DNA of 64,000 nucleotides from an uncultured Syntrophobacterales bacterium. Lineage in GTDB: Bacteria > Desulfobacterota > Binatia > UBA9968 > JAJDTQ01. The notes beneath the pieces are model-generated. The model was not told where the DNA came from. It saw only the letters and a list, made by a program, of their open reading frames with translations, and ran no database searches. Below, piece after piece: positions 38,618 to 47,908 of this stretch (position 1 is the first letter of the stretch; every line of letters begins with the position of its first letter). Location: assembly GCA_964519455.1 (NCBI GenBank), contig CAZFIU010000012.1, positions 2,775 through 66,774 of the forward strand. The letters are read 5' to 3'. A program made the translations under genes and the position numbers.

Positions 38618-40794
38618 GGCCCCGCCGCCGGTCCCGTGGCACGGCCGGCCAAGGCGCCGCCGGCGAGCTGGTCGAAAAGGTCCTCCAGTACCAGCCGGCG
38701 GTGGACGTGGAGCCGTTGCGCCAGGCGTACCAGTTCACCGCGGAGGTTCACGCGGGGCAGAAGCGCCTGTCCGGGGAACCCTACGTAACCCATCCCCTCG
38801 CGGTGGCGGGAATACTGGCGGACCTGAAGCTGGATCTTCCCAGCATCATCGGCGCCATGTTGCACGACACCGTCGAGGATACCCTGGCCACGCTGCCGCA
38901 GATCGAGGAACGGTTCGGTCCGGAGATCGCGGTGCTGGTGGACGGCGTCACCAAGCTTAGCCAGGTCAATTTCAACAGCCGCGAGGAAAAGCAGGCCGAG
39001 AACTTCCGCAAGATGATTCTCGCCATGGCCAACGACATCCGGGTGGTCCTCATCAAGCTGGCCGACCGCACCCACAACATGCGCACGTTGCAGTACCTTT
39101 CCGTAGAGAAGCAGCGGCGCATCGCGCAGGAAACCCTGGACATCTACGCTCCCATCGCGCACCGGCTGGGGATCTACTGGATCAAGAGCGAGCTGGAGGA
39201 CCTTGCGCTCAAGTATCTGCGCCCGGAGGTCTACGCCGAGCTGAAGGACAACGTGGCGCAGAAGCGCAAGAACCGGGAGAAGTACACCAACGACGTCATC
39301 TCGCGGATGAGCAAGGCCCTGGCCGAAGAGGGCATCGACGGCGAGGTGAGCGGACGCCCGAAGCATTTCTACAGCATCTTCCGCAAGATGGAGAACCAGA
39401 GCCTGGACTTCAGCCAGGTGTACGACCTCGTGGCCTTTCGGGTGCTGGTCGACACCCAGCGAGAGTGTTACGAGGCCATGGGCGTCGTCCACTCCAAGTG
39501 GCGCCCGGTGCCGGGCCGGTTCAAGGACTACATCGCGCTCCCCAAGGCGAACATGTACCAGTCGTTGCACACCACCGTCATCGGCCCCAACGCGCAACGC
39601 ATCGAAATCCAGATCCGCACCCACGACATGCACCGCGTGGCCGAGGAGGGCATCGCTTCCCACTGGCGTTACAAGAAGGGCCAGGACCTGCAGGTAACGG
39701 ACTTCCAGCGGTTCACATGGCTGCGCCAACTCCTCGAATGGCAACAGCACCTGTCCGATCCTCAGGAGTTCCTGCACAGCATCAAGGAGGACCTGTTCCC
39801 CGACGAAGTGTACGTGTTCACGCCCGGGGGTGACCTGCACAGCTTTCCCAAGGGCGCCACCATCATCGACTTCGCCTACCGGATTCACTCCGACATCGGA
39901 CAGCACTGCTCCGGCGCGCGGGTGAACGGGCGCCTCGTCCCCCTCAAGTACATACTGCGGAGCGGCGATACCGTGGAGATCATCACCACCCAGGAGCAGA
40001 CCCCGAGCCGGGACTGGCTCAAGGTGGCGAAGACGCCCCGCGCCAAGTCCCGGATACGTGCCTGGATGGCCGCGCAGCAGCGCGAACGCAGCGTCGCGCT
40101 GGGTCGCGAGATCCTCGAAGGGGACCTGGCCCGCCACGGTCTCGAATACCAGGCGCTCCAGGGCCAGGGGACCATCACGGCGCTGGGACGGGAGCTGGGA
40201 GTCCGGAACGAGGAAGGCCTCCTGGCGGGCATCGGCTACGGCAAGGTGATGTCGCACCAGGTGCTGGCCAAGCTGCTCCCGCCGGAACAGATCCACAAGG
40301 ACAACGAGCAGATCGAGGGCGGGCTGGAGCGGCTGTTCCGGCTGGTGGGTTCGCGCGACCGCGGCGTGCGCGTCAAGGGCATCGACGACGTCCTGGTGCG
40401 GTTCGCGCGCTGCTGCCATCCGCTGCCGGGCGAGGACATCGCCGGCATCATTACGCGCGGGCGAGGGGTGACGGTCCACGTGGCGGGGTGCCCCACGGCC
40501 CTGGAGAGCGATCCGGCCAGGAAGGTGGAAGTGAGCTGGGCGGACGACGTGCGGATGCCGCGGGGGGTAAAGATCGAGGTGACCTGCGCGGACAAGCCCG
40601 GCCTCCTCGCGGCCATCAGCTCGGCCATCTCCGAGGCGGGGGTCAACATCGCCCGCGCTCACATACGAACGTTCGACGACAGGGCCGTGAACACCTTCGA
40701 GATCATGATCGGCAGCTTCGATCAGTTGGGGCAGGTGCTGCGGGACATCTCGCGGGTGAAGGGAGTGTACAGGGCGAGCCGCGTTCAGGGATAG
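38584..40794 (+). CDS. Bifunctional (p)ppGpp synthetase/hydrolase RelA/SpoT family
   Basis: Translation has the HD domain (HPLAVAGILADL...HDTVEDT), the synthetase domain, and TGS and ACT regions. The only in-frame start is the ATG at 38584, which overlaps the gmk 3' end by 34 nt. Confidence 0.85.
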   Translation: MQVHPETEARVRPRRRSRGTAGQGAAGELVEKVLQYQPAVDVEPLRQAYQFTAEVHAGQKRLSGEPYVTHPLAVAGILADLKLDLPSIIGAMLHDTVEDTLATLPQIEERFGPEIAVLVDGVTKLSQVNFNSREEKQAENFRKMILAMANDIRVVLIKLADRTHNMRTLQYLSVEKQRRIAQETLDIYAPIAHRLGIYWIKSELEDLALKYLRPEVYAELKDNVAQKRKNREKYTNDVISRMSKALAEEGIDGEVSGRPKHFYSIFRKMENQSLDFSQVYDLVAFRVLVDTQRECYEAMGVVHSKWRPVPGRFKDYIALPKANMYQSLHTTVIGPNAQRIEIQIRTHDMHRVAEEGIASHWRYKKGQDLQVTDFQRFTWLRQLLEWQQHLSDPQEFLHSIKEDLFPDEVYVFTPGGDLHSFPKGATIIDFAYRIHSDIGQHCSGARVNGRLVPLKYILRSGDTVEIITTQEQTPSRDWLKVAKTPRAKSRIRAWMAAQQRERSVALGREILEGDLARHGLEYQALQGQGTITALGRELGVRNEEGLLAGIGYGKVMSHQVLAKLLPPEQIHKDNEQIEGGLERLFRLVGSRDRGVRVKGIDDVLVRFARCCHPLPGEDIAGIITRGRGVTVHVAGCPTALESDPARKVEVSWADDVRMPRGVKIEVTCADKPGLLAAISSAISEAGVNIARAHIRTFDDRAVNTFEIMIGSFDQLGQVLRDISRVKGVYRASRVQG

Positions 40795-40800
40795 TCCCCG

Positions 40801-40992
40801 TCAAGCGACCTTTTCCACCTTGCCGGAACGCAGACAGCGGGTGCATACCCGGATGCGCTTCACTCCCCCGTTCAAGCGGGCGCGAACCTGCTGCAGGTTG
40901 GGGAGCCAGCGGCGCCGGGTCTTGTTGTTGGCATGGCTGACGTTGTTGCCCACGGAGGGTCCCTTGCCGCAAATGGTGCATTTTCTAGCCAT
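40801..40992 (-). CDS. rpmB: 50S ribosomal protein L28
   Basis: Translation is [29 protein letters not shown]...[12 protein letters not shown], 63 aa. Confidence 0.85.
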   Translation of the reverse strand: MARKCTICGKGPSVGNNVSHANNKTRRRWLPNLQQVRARLNGGVKRIRVCTRCLRSGKVEKVA

Positions 40993-41259
40993 GTCCGTAT
41001 GATACCACATAGCTCCGCATTTGCGAAGCAGGCGACGCGGTCGGCCATCCCGGGGCGGCGGGCGCCTCCACGCGGTCGTTCGGCGTTGAAACGGGACGGG
41101 CTTCAACCGTGATACCGGTCGCGGCCACGGCGTTCACATAACGATGGCGGAAGGATCGAATTGATACAGGATAGCACCTTCCTCCGATGACTTGCGCGTT
41201 GTGTTTTGTCCCGGGCCATGTTAAGGCGTAGGAAAACAATTCGGTCATGGGGGAGCCAA

Positions 41260-41640
41260 ATGGCATTGGACTTGCGAGACAGCGTTCGGAAGCAGATCGA
41301 TCTCTTGAAGAAGGAACTGGCCGCCGCCACCGAGCGCGTGAACGGTTTGAACGATGAGATCAAGCGGCATGAGGTCATCTACGGAATGCTGGCCGGCGAC
41401 GCCAGGCCGGCGCCCCGCAGGGGCCGGCCCCGCGGACCGCAGAAACGCGGTCCGAGCGGTTCCATGATCGACTGGAACGCCATCTTCGAAACGCTGCCCA
41501 ACGAGTTCACCCTCGACACCATCGGCGCCAACGAGACCGCCCGGGAGAAGCCGCGCGCCTACCTCAGGCAGGTGGTGGTGCGCTGGTCGAAGGAAGGCCG
41601 CATCGTCCGTACGGGAAGAGGGCAGTACCGGAAGGCCTGA
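41260..41640 (+). CDS. Hypothetical protein with a basic RGRPRGPQKRGP segment
   Basis: An RBS ggggga precedes the ATG at 41260. The ORF is 126 aa. Confidence 0.4.
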   Translation: MALDLRDSVRKQIDLLKKELAAATERVNGLNDEIKRHEVIYGMLAGDARPAPRRGRPRGPQKRGPSGSMIDWNAIFETLPNEFTLDTIGANETAREKPRAYLRQVVVRWSKEGRIVRTGRGQYRKA

Positions 41641-41805
41641 TCCTCGCTTTTTTCACGCGCGTCACGCGCGCCGGCCGGAGGCCTTTCCGGTCCGCGGCAC
41701 CCGTCGCGCGGGCCGGGCCGACGGCCCGGACTCTTTCCCGGCCGCATGCTTTCGGGCCGGCGGCGCCAACCAACGAAAAGTCAAACGCCAGGGATTGGAG
41801 GTCCT

Positions 41806-43248
41806 ATGCAATTCAATGATTGTCGTGAGTGGATCGAGAAGGCCGATGCCATGGGCGAACTCAAGACCCTGAAGGGGTGCAACTGGGATCTTGAGATCGG
41901 CGCCATCACCGAAATGGTCATGCGCAGGGAAGACGGCCCGGCCGTATTATTCGACGAGATCAAGGACTATCCCGCGGGCTACCGGGTCCTGTCCAACACG
42001 TTGACCTCGCGCAAGCGCATCGGCCTCACGCTGAATCTGCCGCCGGGCGACAGCAAGATGGAGTTCGTCAATACCTGGCGCAATCACTACAAGAACATCA
42101 AGCCCGTGCCCGCGAAGGTGCTCAAGGACAGCCCTCTGTTCGAGAACGTCTTCGAGGAGGGCAACATCGACCTGCTCAAGTTCCCCACGCCCCGCTGGCA
42201 CGAACGCGACGGCGGCCGCTACATCGGCACCGGGAGCATCGACATCACCTCCGACCGTGACGAGGGCTGGACCAACTGGGGTACGTATCGCGTGATGGTG
42301 CACGACTCGGATACGGTGGGTTTCTATATTTCGCCGGGCAAGCACGGCCGCATTCACCGGGACAAGTATCAACAGACCGGTGAGTCCTTCAAGATGGCCA
42401 TGTCCTTCGGGCACGATCCCCTGGTCTTCCTGGGCGGCAGCATCGAGGTTCCCTACGGGGTGCCCGAGTACGATTTCCTGGGTGGCGTCCGCGGCGAACC
42501 CCTGGAGGTGGTGAAGGCGCCGTACTCCGGCCTCATGGTCCCGGCCAACGCCGAGATCGTGGTCGAGGGCGACGTGATCTTCAACGAAGACCGCGTGGAG
42601 GGTCCCTTCGGTGAGTGGACCGGCTACTACGCCAGCGCCGAGCGCAACGAGCCCATCGTCAAGATCAAGCGGCTGTACCATCGCAACGATCCCATCATCC
42701 TGGGGTCGCCTCCGGGCAGGCCCCCGGCCGAGCTGGGCTGGTACCGGTCGTACCTGCGGTCCGCGCTGATCTGGGACGAGATGGAGAAGGCGGGCGTGCC
42801 GGACGTAAGGGGCGTGTGGCTGATGGTGGCCGGCGGCAGCCGCCTGGTCATGGTGGTTTCCATCAAGCAGCGCTACCCCGGACATGCGCGCCAGGCCGCG
42901 GTGGTGGCATCGCAGTGCCACGCCGGCGCCTACCTCGGCCGTTACGTCATCGTCGTGGACGACGACATCGATCCCTCCAACACGGACGACGTCATCTGGG
43001 CCATGGCGACGCGTTCGGATCCGGATGCCGACATCGACATCATCCGGCGCTGTTGGAGCGGTCCCCTGGACCCGATCGTGCATCCCACGAAGAAGGGCTT
43101 CAACTCCCGCGCCATCATCGACGCGTGCCGTCCCTACGAGTGGATGGACGAGTTTCCTCCGGTGGCGGAATCGCCCCGCGAAGTGCTCGACGCCACCGAG
43201 AAGAAGTGGGGCAAGGTCCTCTTCAGCACCAACGGCACGGGCGCATAG
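41806..43248 (+). CDS. UbiD family decarboxylase, paralog 2
   Basis: Translation contains EGPFGEWTGYY and KQRYPGHARQ, which match the UbiD core motifs. An RBS ggattggagg lies upstream. Confidence 0.85.
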   Translation: MQFNDCREWIEKADAMGELKTLKGCNWDLEIGAITEMVMRREDGPAVLFDEIKDYPAGYRVLSNTLTSRKRIGLTLNLPPGDSKMEFVNTWRNHYKNIKPVPAKVLKDSPLFENVFEEGNIDLLKFPTPRWHERDGGRYIGTGSIDITSDRDEGWTNWGTYRVMVHDSDTVGFYISPGKHGRIHRDKYQQTGESFKMAMSFGHDPLVFLGGSIEVPYGVPEYDFLGGVRGEPLEVVKAPYSGLMVPANAEIVVEGDVIFNEDRVEGPFGEWTGYYASAERNEPIVKIKRLYHRNDPIILGSPPGRPPAELGWYRSYLRSALIWDEMEKAGVPDVRGVWLMVAGGSRLVMVVSIKQRYPGHARQAAVVASQCHAGAYLGRYVIVVDDDIDPSNTDDVIWAMATRSDPDADIDIIRRCWSGPLDPIVHPTKKGFNSRAIIDACRPYEWMDEFPPVAESPREVLDATEKKWGKVLFSTNGTGA

Positions 43249-43268
43249 CCTGAAGTCGAAATCCGGGT

Positions 43269-44141
43269 TTATCGAGACGGCGGGTTCGTCATTATGGTGA
43301 CGAACTCGCCGTTTCTTTGTATGCCCAGGATGCGAACCGGCCTTGTCGCGGGGGCCTGCAACTCTTGCAGCAGATCGCGGGAATTCCTCACGGGCGTGTC
43401 GTCCACCCGGATGACCACATCGCCACGCCGGAGCCCGAGCCTGGCGGCGGGGCTGTCTCGCTCCACGTGAGCGACGAGGGCGCCGGCGTCGACGGTGGCG
43501 CCAAACAACCGCGCCAAGTCCGCGGTCAGGTCCTGTACCTGCAAACCCTGTATCCGCGAAACCCTGTCCCGCGGCTCCGATTGCCGCCTGTCCATGCGCA
43601 CGCCCTGTTGGAGGACCTCGGGTGTCGCATAGATCGGCGTGCCCGTCCGTAGTGCCACGGCGATGGCGTCGCTCGGGCGCGCGTCGAGGCGAATGCGCCG
43701 CCCCTTTCGCTTGATGGCGACCTCCGCGAAGAAGGTGCTGTCGCGCAACTCCGTGACGGTCACCCGCTCCAGCTCGGCCTCGAGGCCCCGCAACACACTT
43801 TGAATCAAGTCGTGCGTATCGGGTCTCGGAAATTCCTCTCCGGCAAGGGCGCGAGCGATGGAGGCGGCTTCGGCCTCGCCGATCCAGATGGGCAGCAACC
43901 ATTCGCCGCCGGCCAACAGCACCACGGGCGTCCCCCGCGTCGGATCCACGACCACTTGCCGCACTTCCATGCGGACGGGTTCCGCGCGCGCACTCCCCTC
44001 CGGGAGCCCCAGCCCCAGGAGCGCCCCGAACGCGACGCCGCGCAGGGTGCGCTCCAGCCCCCTCGTGAACAGCTCACTTCGGAACCGGCGCCGCTCGGTT
44101 GGCCAAACGCCCCGCATGCCGCGGAGCTTAGTCACCGGCAT
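43269..44141 (-). CDS. Bifunctional nuclease (BFN/DUF151) domain protein with C-terminal PDZ domain and Tat-like N-terminal signal
   Basis: Translation shows BFN-like VVLLAGGEWLLPIWIGEAEAASIARAL and a PDZ-like C-terminus. The N-terminus contains ERRRFRS followed by a hydrophobic stretch. The start is uncertain: 44141 or 44117. Confidence 0.65.
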   Translation of the reverse strand: MPVTKLRGMRGVWPTERRRFRSELFTRGLERTLRGVAFGALLGLGLPEGSARAEPVRMEVRQVVVDPTRGTPVVLLAGGEWLLPIWIGEAEAASIARALAGEEFPRPDTHDLIQSVLRGLEAELERVTVTELRDSTFFAEVAIKRKGRRIRLDARPSDAIAVALRTGTPIYATPEVLQQGVRMDRRQSEPRDRVSRIQGLQVQDLTADLARLFGATVDAGALVAHVERDSPAARLGLRRGDVVIRVDDTPVRNSRDLLQELQAPATRPVRILGIQRNGEFVTIMTNPPSR

Positions 44142-44150
44142 CGCGCGGTG

Positions 44151-45107
44151 TCAACAACGTTCCCGAGAGGTTGAACCGCCTTCGGCATCCCGCTGACGGC
44201 CCACCAGAAAACGGGGGTTGTCCTTCATGGCCGTGTCGATGTCCGCGCGCGGGATTCCCTCGGCCAGCAGCCCCGTCGCGAGCCGCGCCAGTCCCTCCGC
44301 CGGGGCCGCCCGGTCCACCTGACCCACGTCCGTGGACAGGATCGTCCGGTTCGTGCCTGCCCGTCTGAATATCATCGCGGTCTCAGCGAACGATACCAGG
44401 CCCATGTCCACCAGGATGAAGCTCAGCTCGATGTAGGCGCCGGCATTGGCCAGTTCGACAAGCTCCGGGACGGGTATGGCCGGAGGGTCGTAGCACGGGT
44501 GCGTGACGATGACCTTGCGCACGCCCAGGGCGCCGGCCCGTTCCATCACGTGGAACACCTCATCGCGTCCTGCGTGGCCGGTGGCCAGCACCAGGTCGTG
44601 GTCCGCGACGATCCGCAGGATCTCGTCCAGTGGCGGTCGGAGGTGGGCGGCGAGCACGTTGATGGGCTCTATCTCGCCCAGCGGCCGGGCCAAGGGGGAC
44701 ACCGTGCCGCCGCACCACTCGGGCGGGATGTCGTATCGCTCGGCCTCGTGATGCCGCGCCGTGAGATGCGCGGCCGCGTGGACGGTGGGCAGCCACACCA
44801 CCTTGAGGCAGGGTTCGCCGTCGGCCGACGGACCCAACGCCCCGAGAACGGCCGCGGGATTGACGCCGCCGAGGTAGTGGTTCAGCACCACCGAGCCGTG
44901 GAGGCGGACGCCGGTGGCGTCGTACGCCATCTGTACCCAGCTCGATGTCGGGGCCACGTGCGACTTCAGCACGACGCCGCCGAGCCCCGTCTCCTCCACG
45001 TGCCGGGCCAGGGATAGCGCGTCGAAACGCCGCGGTATCCCTTCGGGGCCGCAGTGCACGTGCAGGTCCACCGCGCCGGTGACGTCGTAGTCGAAGCCCG
45101 CCTTCAT
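44151..45107 (-). CDS. TIM-barrel metal-dependent hydrolase (amidohydrolase superfamily, uncharacterised subfamily)
   Basis: Translation begins MKAGFDYDVTGAVDLHVHCGPE and contains VIVTHP. It is translationally coupled (ATGA) to the upstream M20 peptidase gene. The Arg-rich 5' extension of the six-frame ORF was rejected. Confidence 0.55.
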   Translation of the reverse strand: MKAGFDYDVTGAVDLHVHCGPEGIPRRFDALSLARHVEETGLGGVVLKSHVAPTSSWVQMAYDATGVRLHGSVVLNHYLGGVNPAAVLGALGPSADGEPCLKVVWLPTVHAAAHLTARHHEAERYDIPPEWCGGTVSPLARPLGEIEPINVLAAHLRPPLDEILRIVADHDLVLATGHAGRDEVFHVMERAGALGVRKVIVTHPCYDPPAIPVPELVELANAGAYIELSFILVDMGLVSFAETAMIFRRAGTNRTILSTDVGQVDRAAPAEGLARLATGLLAEGIPRADIDTAMKDNPRFLVGRQRDAEGGSTSRERC

Positions 45108-46333
45108 GCCGTGCCGCACACGTCCAGGGCCGTGTGCGCCAGCACCTCGGCGCACGCCGCCATCTCGCTGATGAAGATGTAGCCGCCGTCCGGTCCGGGG
45201 TCCAGGAAGCCGCCCCCGGGGCCGTAGTGGAGGCAGGGGATGCCGTGCTTCCACAGCCAGCAACTGTCGCCGGCGGAGTAGGACATGGGCAGGTGGGCGC
45301 CGATGAGCCCGGGCGGCGCGCCCGTGACCTTCTCGTGGTTGCGCGCCACCGCTCGGACGATGGCCGCGTCCGCGGGTACGTCCAGCGGGTCCATCACCAG
45401 CCGCCGGCAGCCCTTGAAAAAGGCCGGCGGCGGGATCTCGATAGAGTAGTCGAACTTCGGATACTGGTCCCTCAGGGGGTCGAGGGCGCGCCTGACGTCG
45501 GCGACGACCGAGTCCGCGGTCTGTCCGGGCACGAAGTGGACGTCCACGATGACGGTGCAGAGGTCGGGCACGTAGGGCGGCTCCGTCAGTACGTAACTCT
45601 CGCCGCGCCCGCCGATGATGCTGCCGACGTTCAGGCGGGGCAGGGCGGGAAGGTCCTCCCGAGGCACGTAGGTGAACTCCACGTTTCCCAGCGCCTCGAT
45701 GACGCGTGTCATTTGCTCCACGGCGTTGACGGTCTCCTCGACCTTGCTCACGTGGCCGGTGATGCCATGGGTGTGGACGGCGAAGTGTACGATGCCGCCG
45801 TGCACGGTCACGAGATTTCCCAGGCCGAAAGGCTCCGGCAGCACCGCCATGTCGGTGCGAAAGCCGCTCTCCATGAGGTGGTGGGTGCCCTCGCCGCCCT
45901 GGGTCTCGCCCACCACGCAGGCCAGCACCAGGTCTCCGCGCAGCTTCACGCCGGCACGCCGCACCGCCTCGGCCGCGCCGATCATGGCGGCCACGCCGCC
46001 CTTCATGTTCTGTACGCCGTGGCCGTAGAGCCGGTCCCCCTCCACCACCGGGGTCCAGGGGTCGCGCTTGCCGCCGCGGGTGAGTGAATTGATGTCGATG
46101 TGGCCGTTGAACATGAGGCTCGGACCGCCGCCCGTTCCCTCGAGGATGGCGATGGTCTGGCACCGCCCGGGCTCCACTTCCTGAAGCGTCACCCGGTAGC
46201 CGCGCTCGGACAGGTAGTCCCGCAGGAAAAGCGCCACCGGCGTTTCATCGGGGCAGAAGCTCGGGATCCGGATGAGTTCGCCGGCCAAGCGTACCAACTC
46301 CGCCGAGTCGATCTTGATGTCAGGTGTGGTCAT
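45104..46333 (-). CDS. M20 family metallopeptidase (ArgE/DapE/acetylornithine deacetylase-like)
   Basis: Translation carries the metal ligands HIDIN, GxQNMKGG and VVGETQGGEG. Confidence 0.8.
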   Translation of the reverse strand: MTTPDIKIDSAELVRLAGELIRIPSFCPDETPVALFLRDYLSERGYRVTLQEVEPGRCQTIAILEGTGGGPSLMFNGHIDINSLTRGGKRDPWTPVVEGDRLYGHGVQNMKGGVAAMIGAAEAVRRAGVKLRGDLVLACVVGETQGGEGTHHLMESGFRTDMAVLPEPFGLGNLVTVHGGIVHFAVHTHGITGHVSKVEETVNAVEQMTRVIEALGNVEFTYVPREDLPALPRLNVGSIIGGRGESYVLTEPPYVPDLCTVIVDVHFVPGQTADSVVADVRRALDPLRDQYPKFDYSIEIPPPAFFKGCRRLVMDPLDVPADAAIVRAVARNHEKVTGAPPGLIGAHLPMSYSAGDSCWLWKHGIPCLHYGPGGGFLDPGPDGGYIFISEMAACAEVLAHTALDVCGTA

Positions 46334-46420
46334 CGATGCGTCCGACCAGAGTGTCCTTCCCGCCCCCCGGACCGTCAACCCCGCGGAACAGGCTTTGTCG
46401 AGACTCCCAAGGCAGAGACC

Positions 46421-46460
46421 CTTGAGTCGTCATTCCCGCTTTTCGCGGGACTGACGCTTC
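46421..46460. repeat. Single hairpin copy of the repeat family: GTCATTCCCGCTTTTCGCGGGACTGAC
   Basis: The palindrome is read directly. It is intergenic, between the M20 and M20D genes. Confidence 0.6.
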
Positions 46461-46469
46461 AAGTCTCCT

Positions 46470-47777
46470 TCATCCGTCCGCGTTGGACGCCGTAAGCCGC
46501 AGCACGAGTCCCGCCATGAGCATGGCGCCGTGGGCCAGGGCGCGCTCGTCCACGTCGAAGGTGGACGTGTGGTGCCCCGTGGGGGTGCTCCCGCCGAGCA
46601 GGAAGTAGAGGGACTTGCCGCCGCGTTCCTGGACCCGGCGCATGAAGTAGGTGGCGTCCTCTCCGCCGCCCAGGGGCCGGGCGTCGTGCACGCGGAAGTC
46701 CACGGGCGAAGACCCGGCGACCCGGGCCAGGTGGTCCTTCATCTCGCCGTCGGACTTGGCGCCGATGGTGCGGCCGGTGATCTCGCTGGCGACCTCGACC
46801 CCCTGGAGCGTGGCCGCGCCTTCGATGCAGCGGCGCGCGCCTTCTTCCATGAGCTCGCAGATCTCGTCGGTGCCGCCGCGCACCTCGTATTTCATGTGGG
46901 CCTCGGACGGTACCACGTTGGTGCCGGTGCCGGCGTTCAGCACGCCCACGTTGACGAAGGTGGCGCCCTGACCGTTCCGCGGCAGGGCGTGCAGCGCCAG
47001 GGTGGCCTGGCACGCCGCCAGGAGCGCGTTGCGGCCCCGCTCCGGCGCGCCGCCCGCGTGGGAGGCCACACCGCGGAAACGCGCCTCCATCTTAACGGAC
47101 GAGAGGAAGTGCGTGGCCTCCAGTGCCACTTCGCCCAGCGGCAGGGTGGGCCCGCCCATGTGCAGGCAGGCGAAGTAGTCGGCATCGTCCACCACTCCGG
47201 CCTCCACCATGGGATGGGCGCCGCGGCCGCCTTCCTCCGCCGGCTGGAACAGGAGCTTCACGCGTCCGCGCCAGTCCGGGCTGGCGGCCAGCAGCTCGGC
47301 CGCGCCCAGTCCGATGGTCACGTGGGCATCGTGGCCGCACGCGTGCATGACGTCGGGCTTGCCGGAAGCGAAACCTTGGGCCACCGGCGGGTGCGCCGGG
47401 TCTTGGGACTCGGCCACCTCGGTAGCGTCCATGTCGAAGCGCAACGCCACGGTGGGGCCGTCGCCGCGCTCGATGATGCCCACCGCTCCTGGGACGTCGA
47501 TATCCCGCGCCAGCTCGCCCGCCTGGGCGCGGCTCTCCCGCACCACCGCCTCCTCGGGCCAGCCGCGCACCGCGTCCGGGTGGATGCAGTCGGAACCCGT
47601 CTCTACCCGGTAGCCCAGCTCGCGCAGCCGCTGCACCACCATGCCGGTGGTGCGGAACTCGGTCCAGCCCGCCTCGGGGTGGCGATGCAGGCTGCGCCGG
47701 GTGTCGGTCAAATCGGGGAGTCTCGACTCGGCTTGGCGTGTCAGCTCTTTCAGGTATTCATTGAGTTGTTGTGCCAT
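46470..47777 (-). CDS. M20D family amidohydrolase (hippurate hydrolase/aminoacylase-like)
   Basis: Translation carries the HACGHDAH metal-binding motif. The protein is 435 aa. Confidence 0.8.
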   Translation of the reverse strand: MAQQLNEYLKELTRQAESRLPDLTDTRRSLHRHPEAGWTEFRTTGMVVQRLRELGYRVETGSDCIHPDAVRGWPEEAVVRESRAQAGELARDIDVPGAVGIIERGDGPTVALRFDMDATEVAESQDPAHPPVAQGFASGKPDVMHACGHDAHVTIGLGAAELLAASPDWRGRVKLLFQPAEEGGRGAHPMVEAGVVDDADYFACLHMGGPTLPLGEVALEATHFLSSVKMEARFRGVASHAGGAPERGRNALLAACQATLALHALPRNGQGATFVNVGVLNAGTGTNVVPSEAHMKYEVRGGTDEICELMEEGARRCIEGAATLQGVEVASEITGRTIGAKSDGEMKDHLARVAGSSPVDFRVHDARPLGGGEDATYFMRRVQERGGKSLYFLLGGSTPTGHHTSTFDVDERALAHGAMLMAGLVLRLTASNADG

Positions 47778-47908
47778 AATCTACCAATTTTCCTGGGAAG
47801 CCGCTGGTCAATTGTGCTGGCGCCTTTTGTCCCGAGCGTAACGAAACGCAGTCGAAGGGCACCGTCTCGCTCGGCGGCAATCGATCAGAGTCTTCCATCA
47901 GTGGATCT

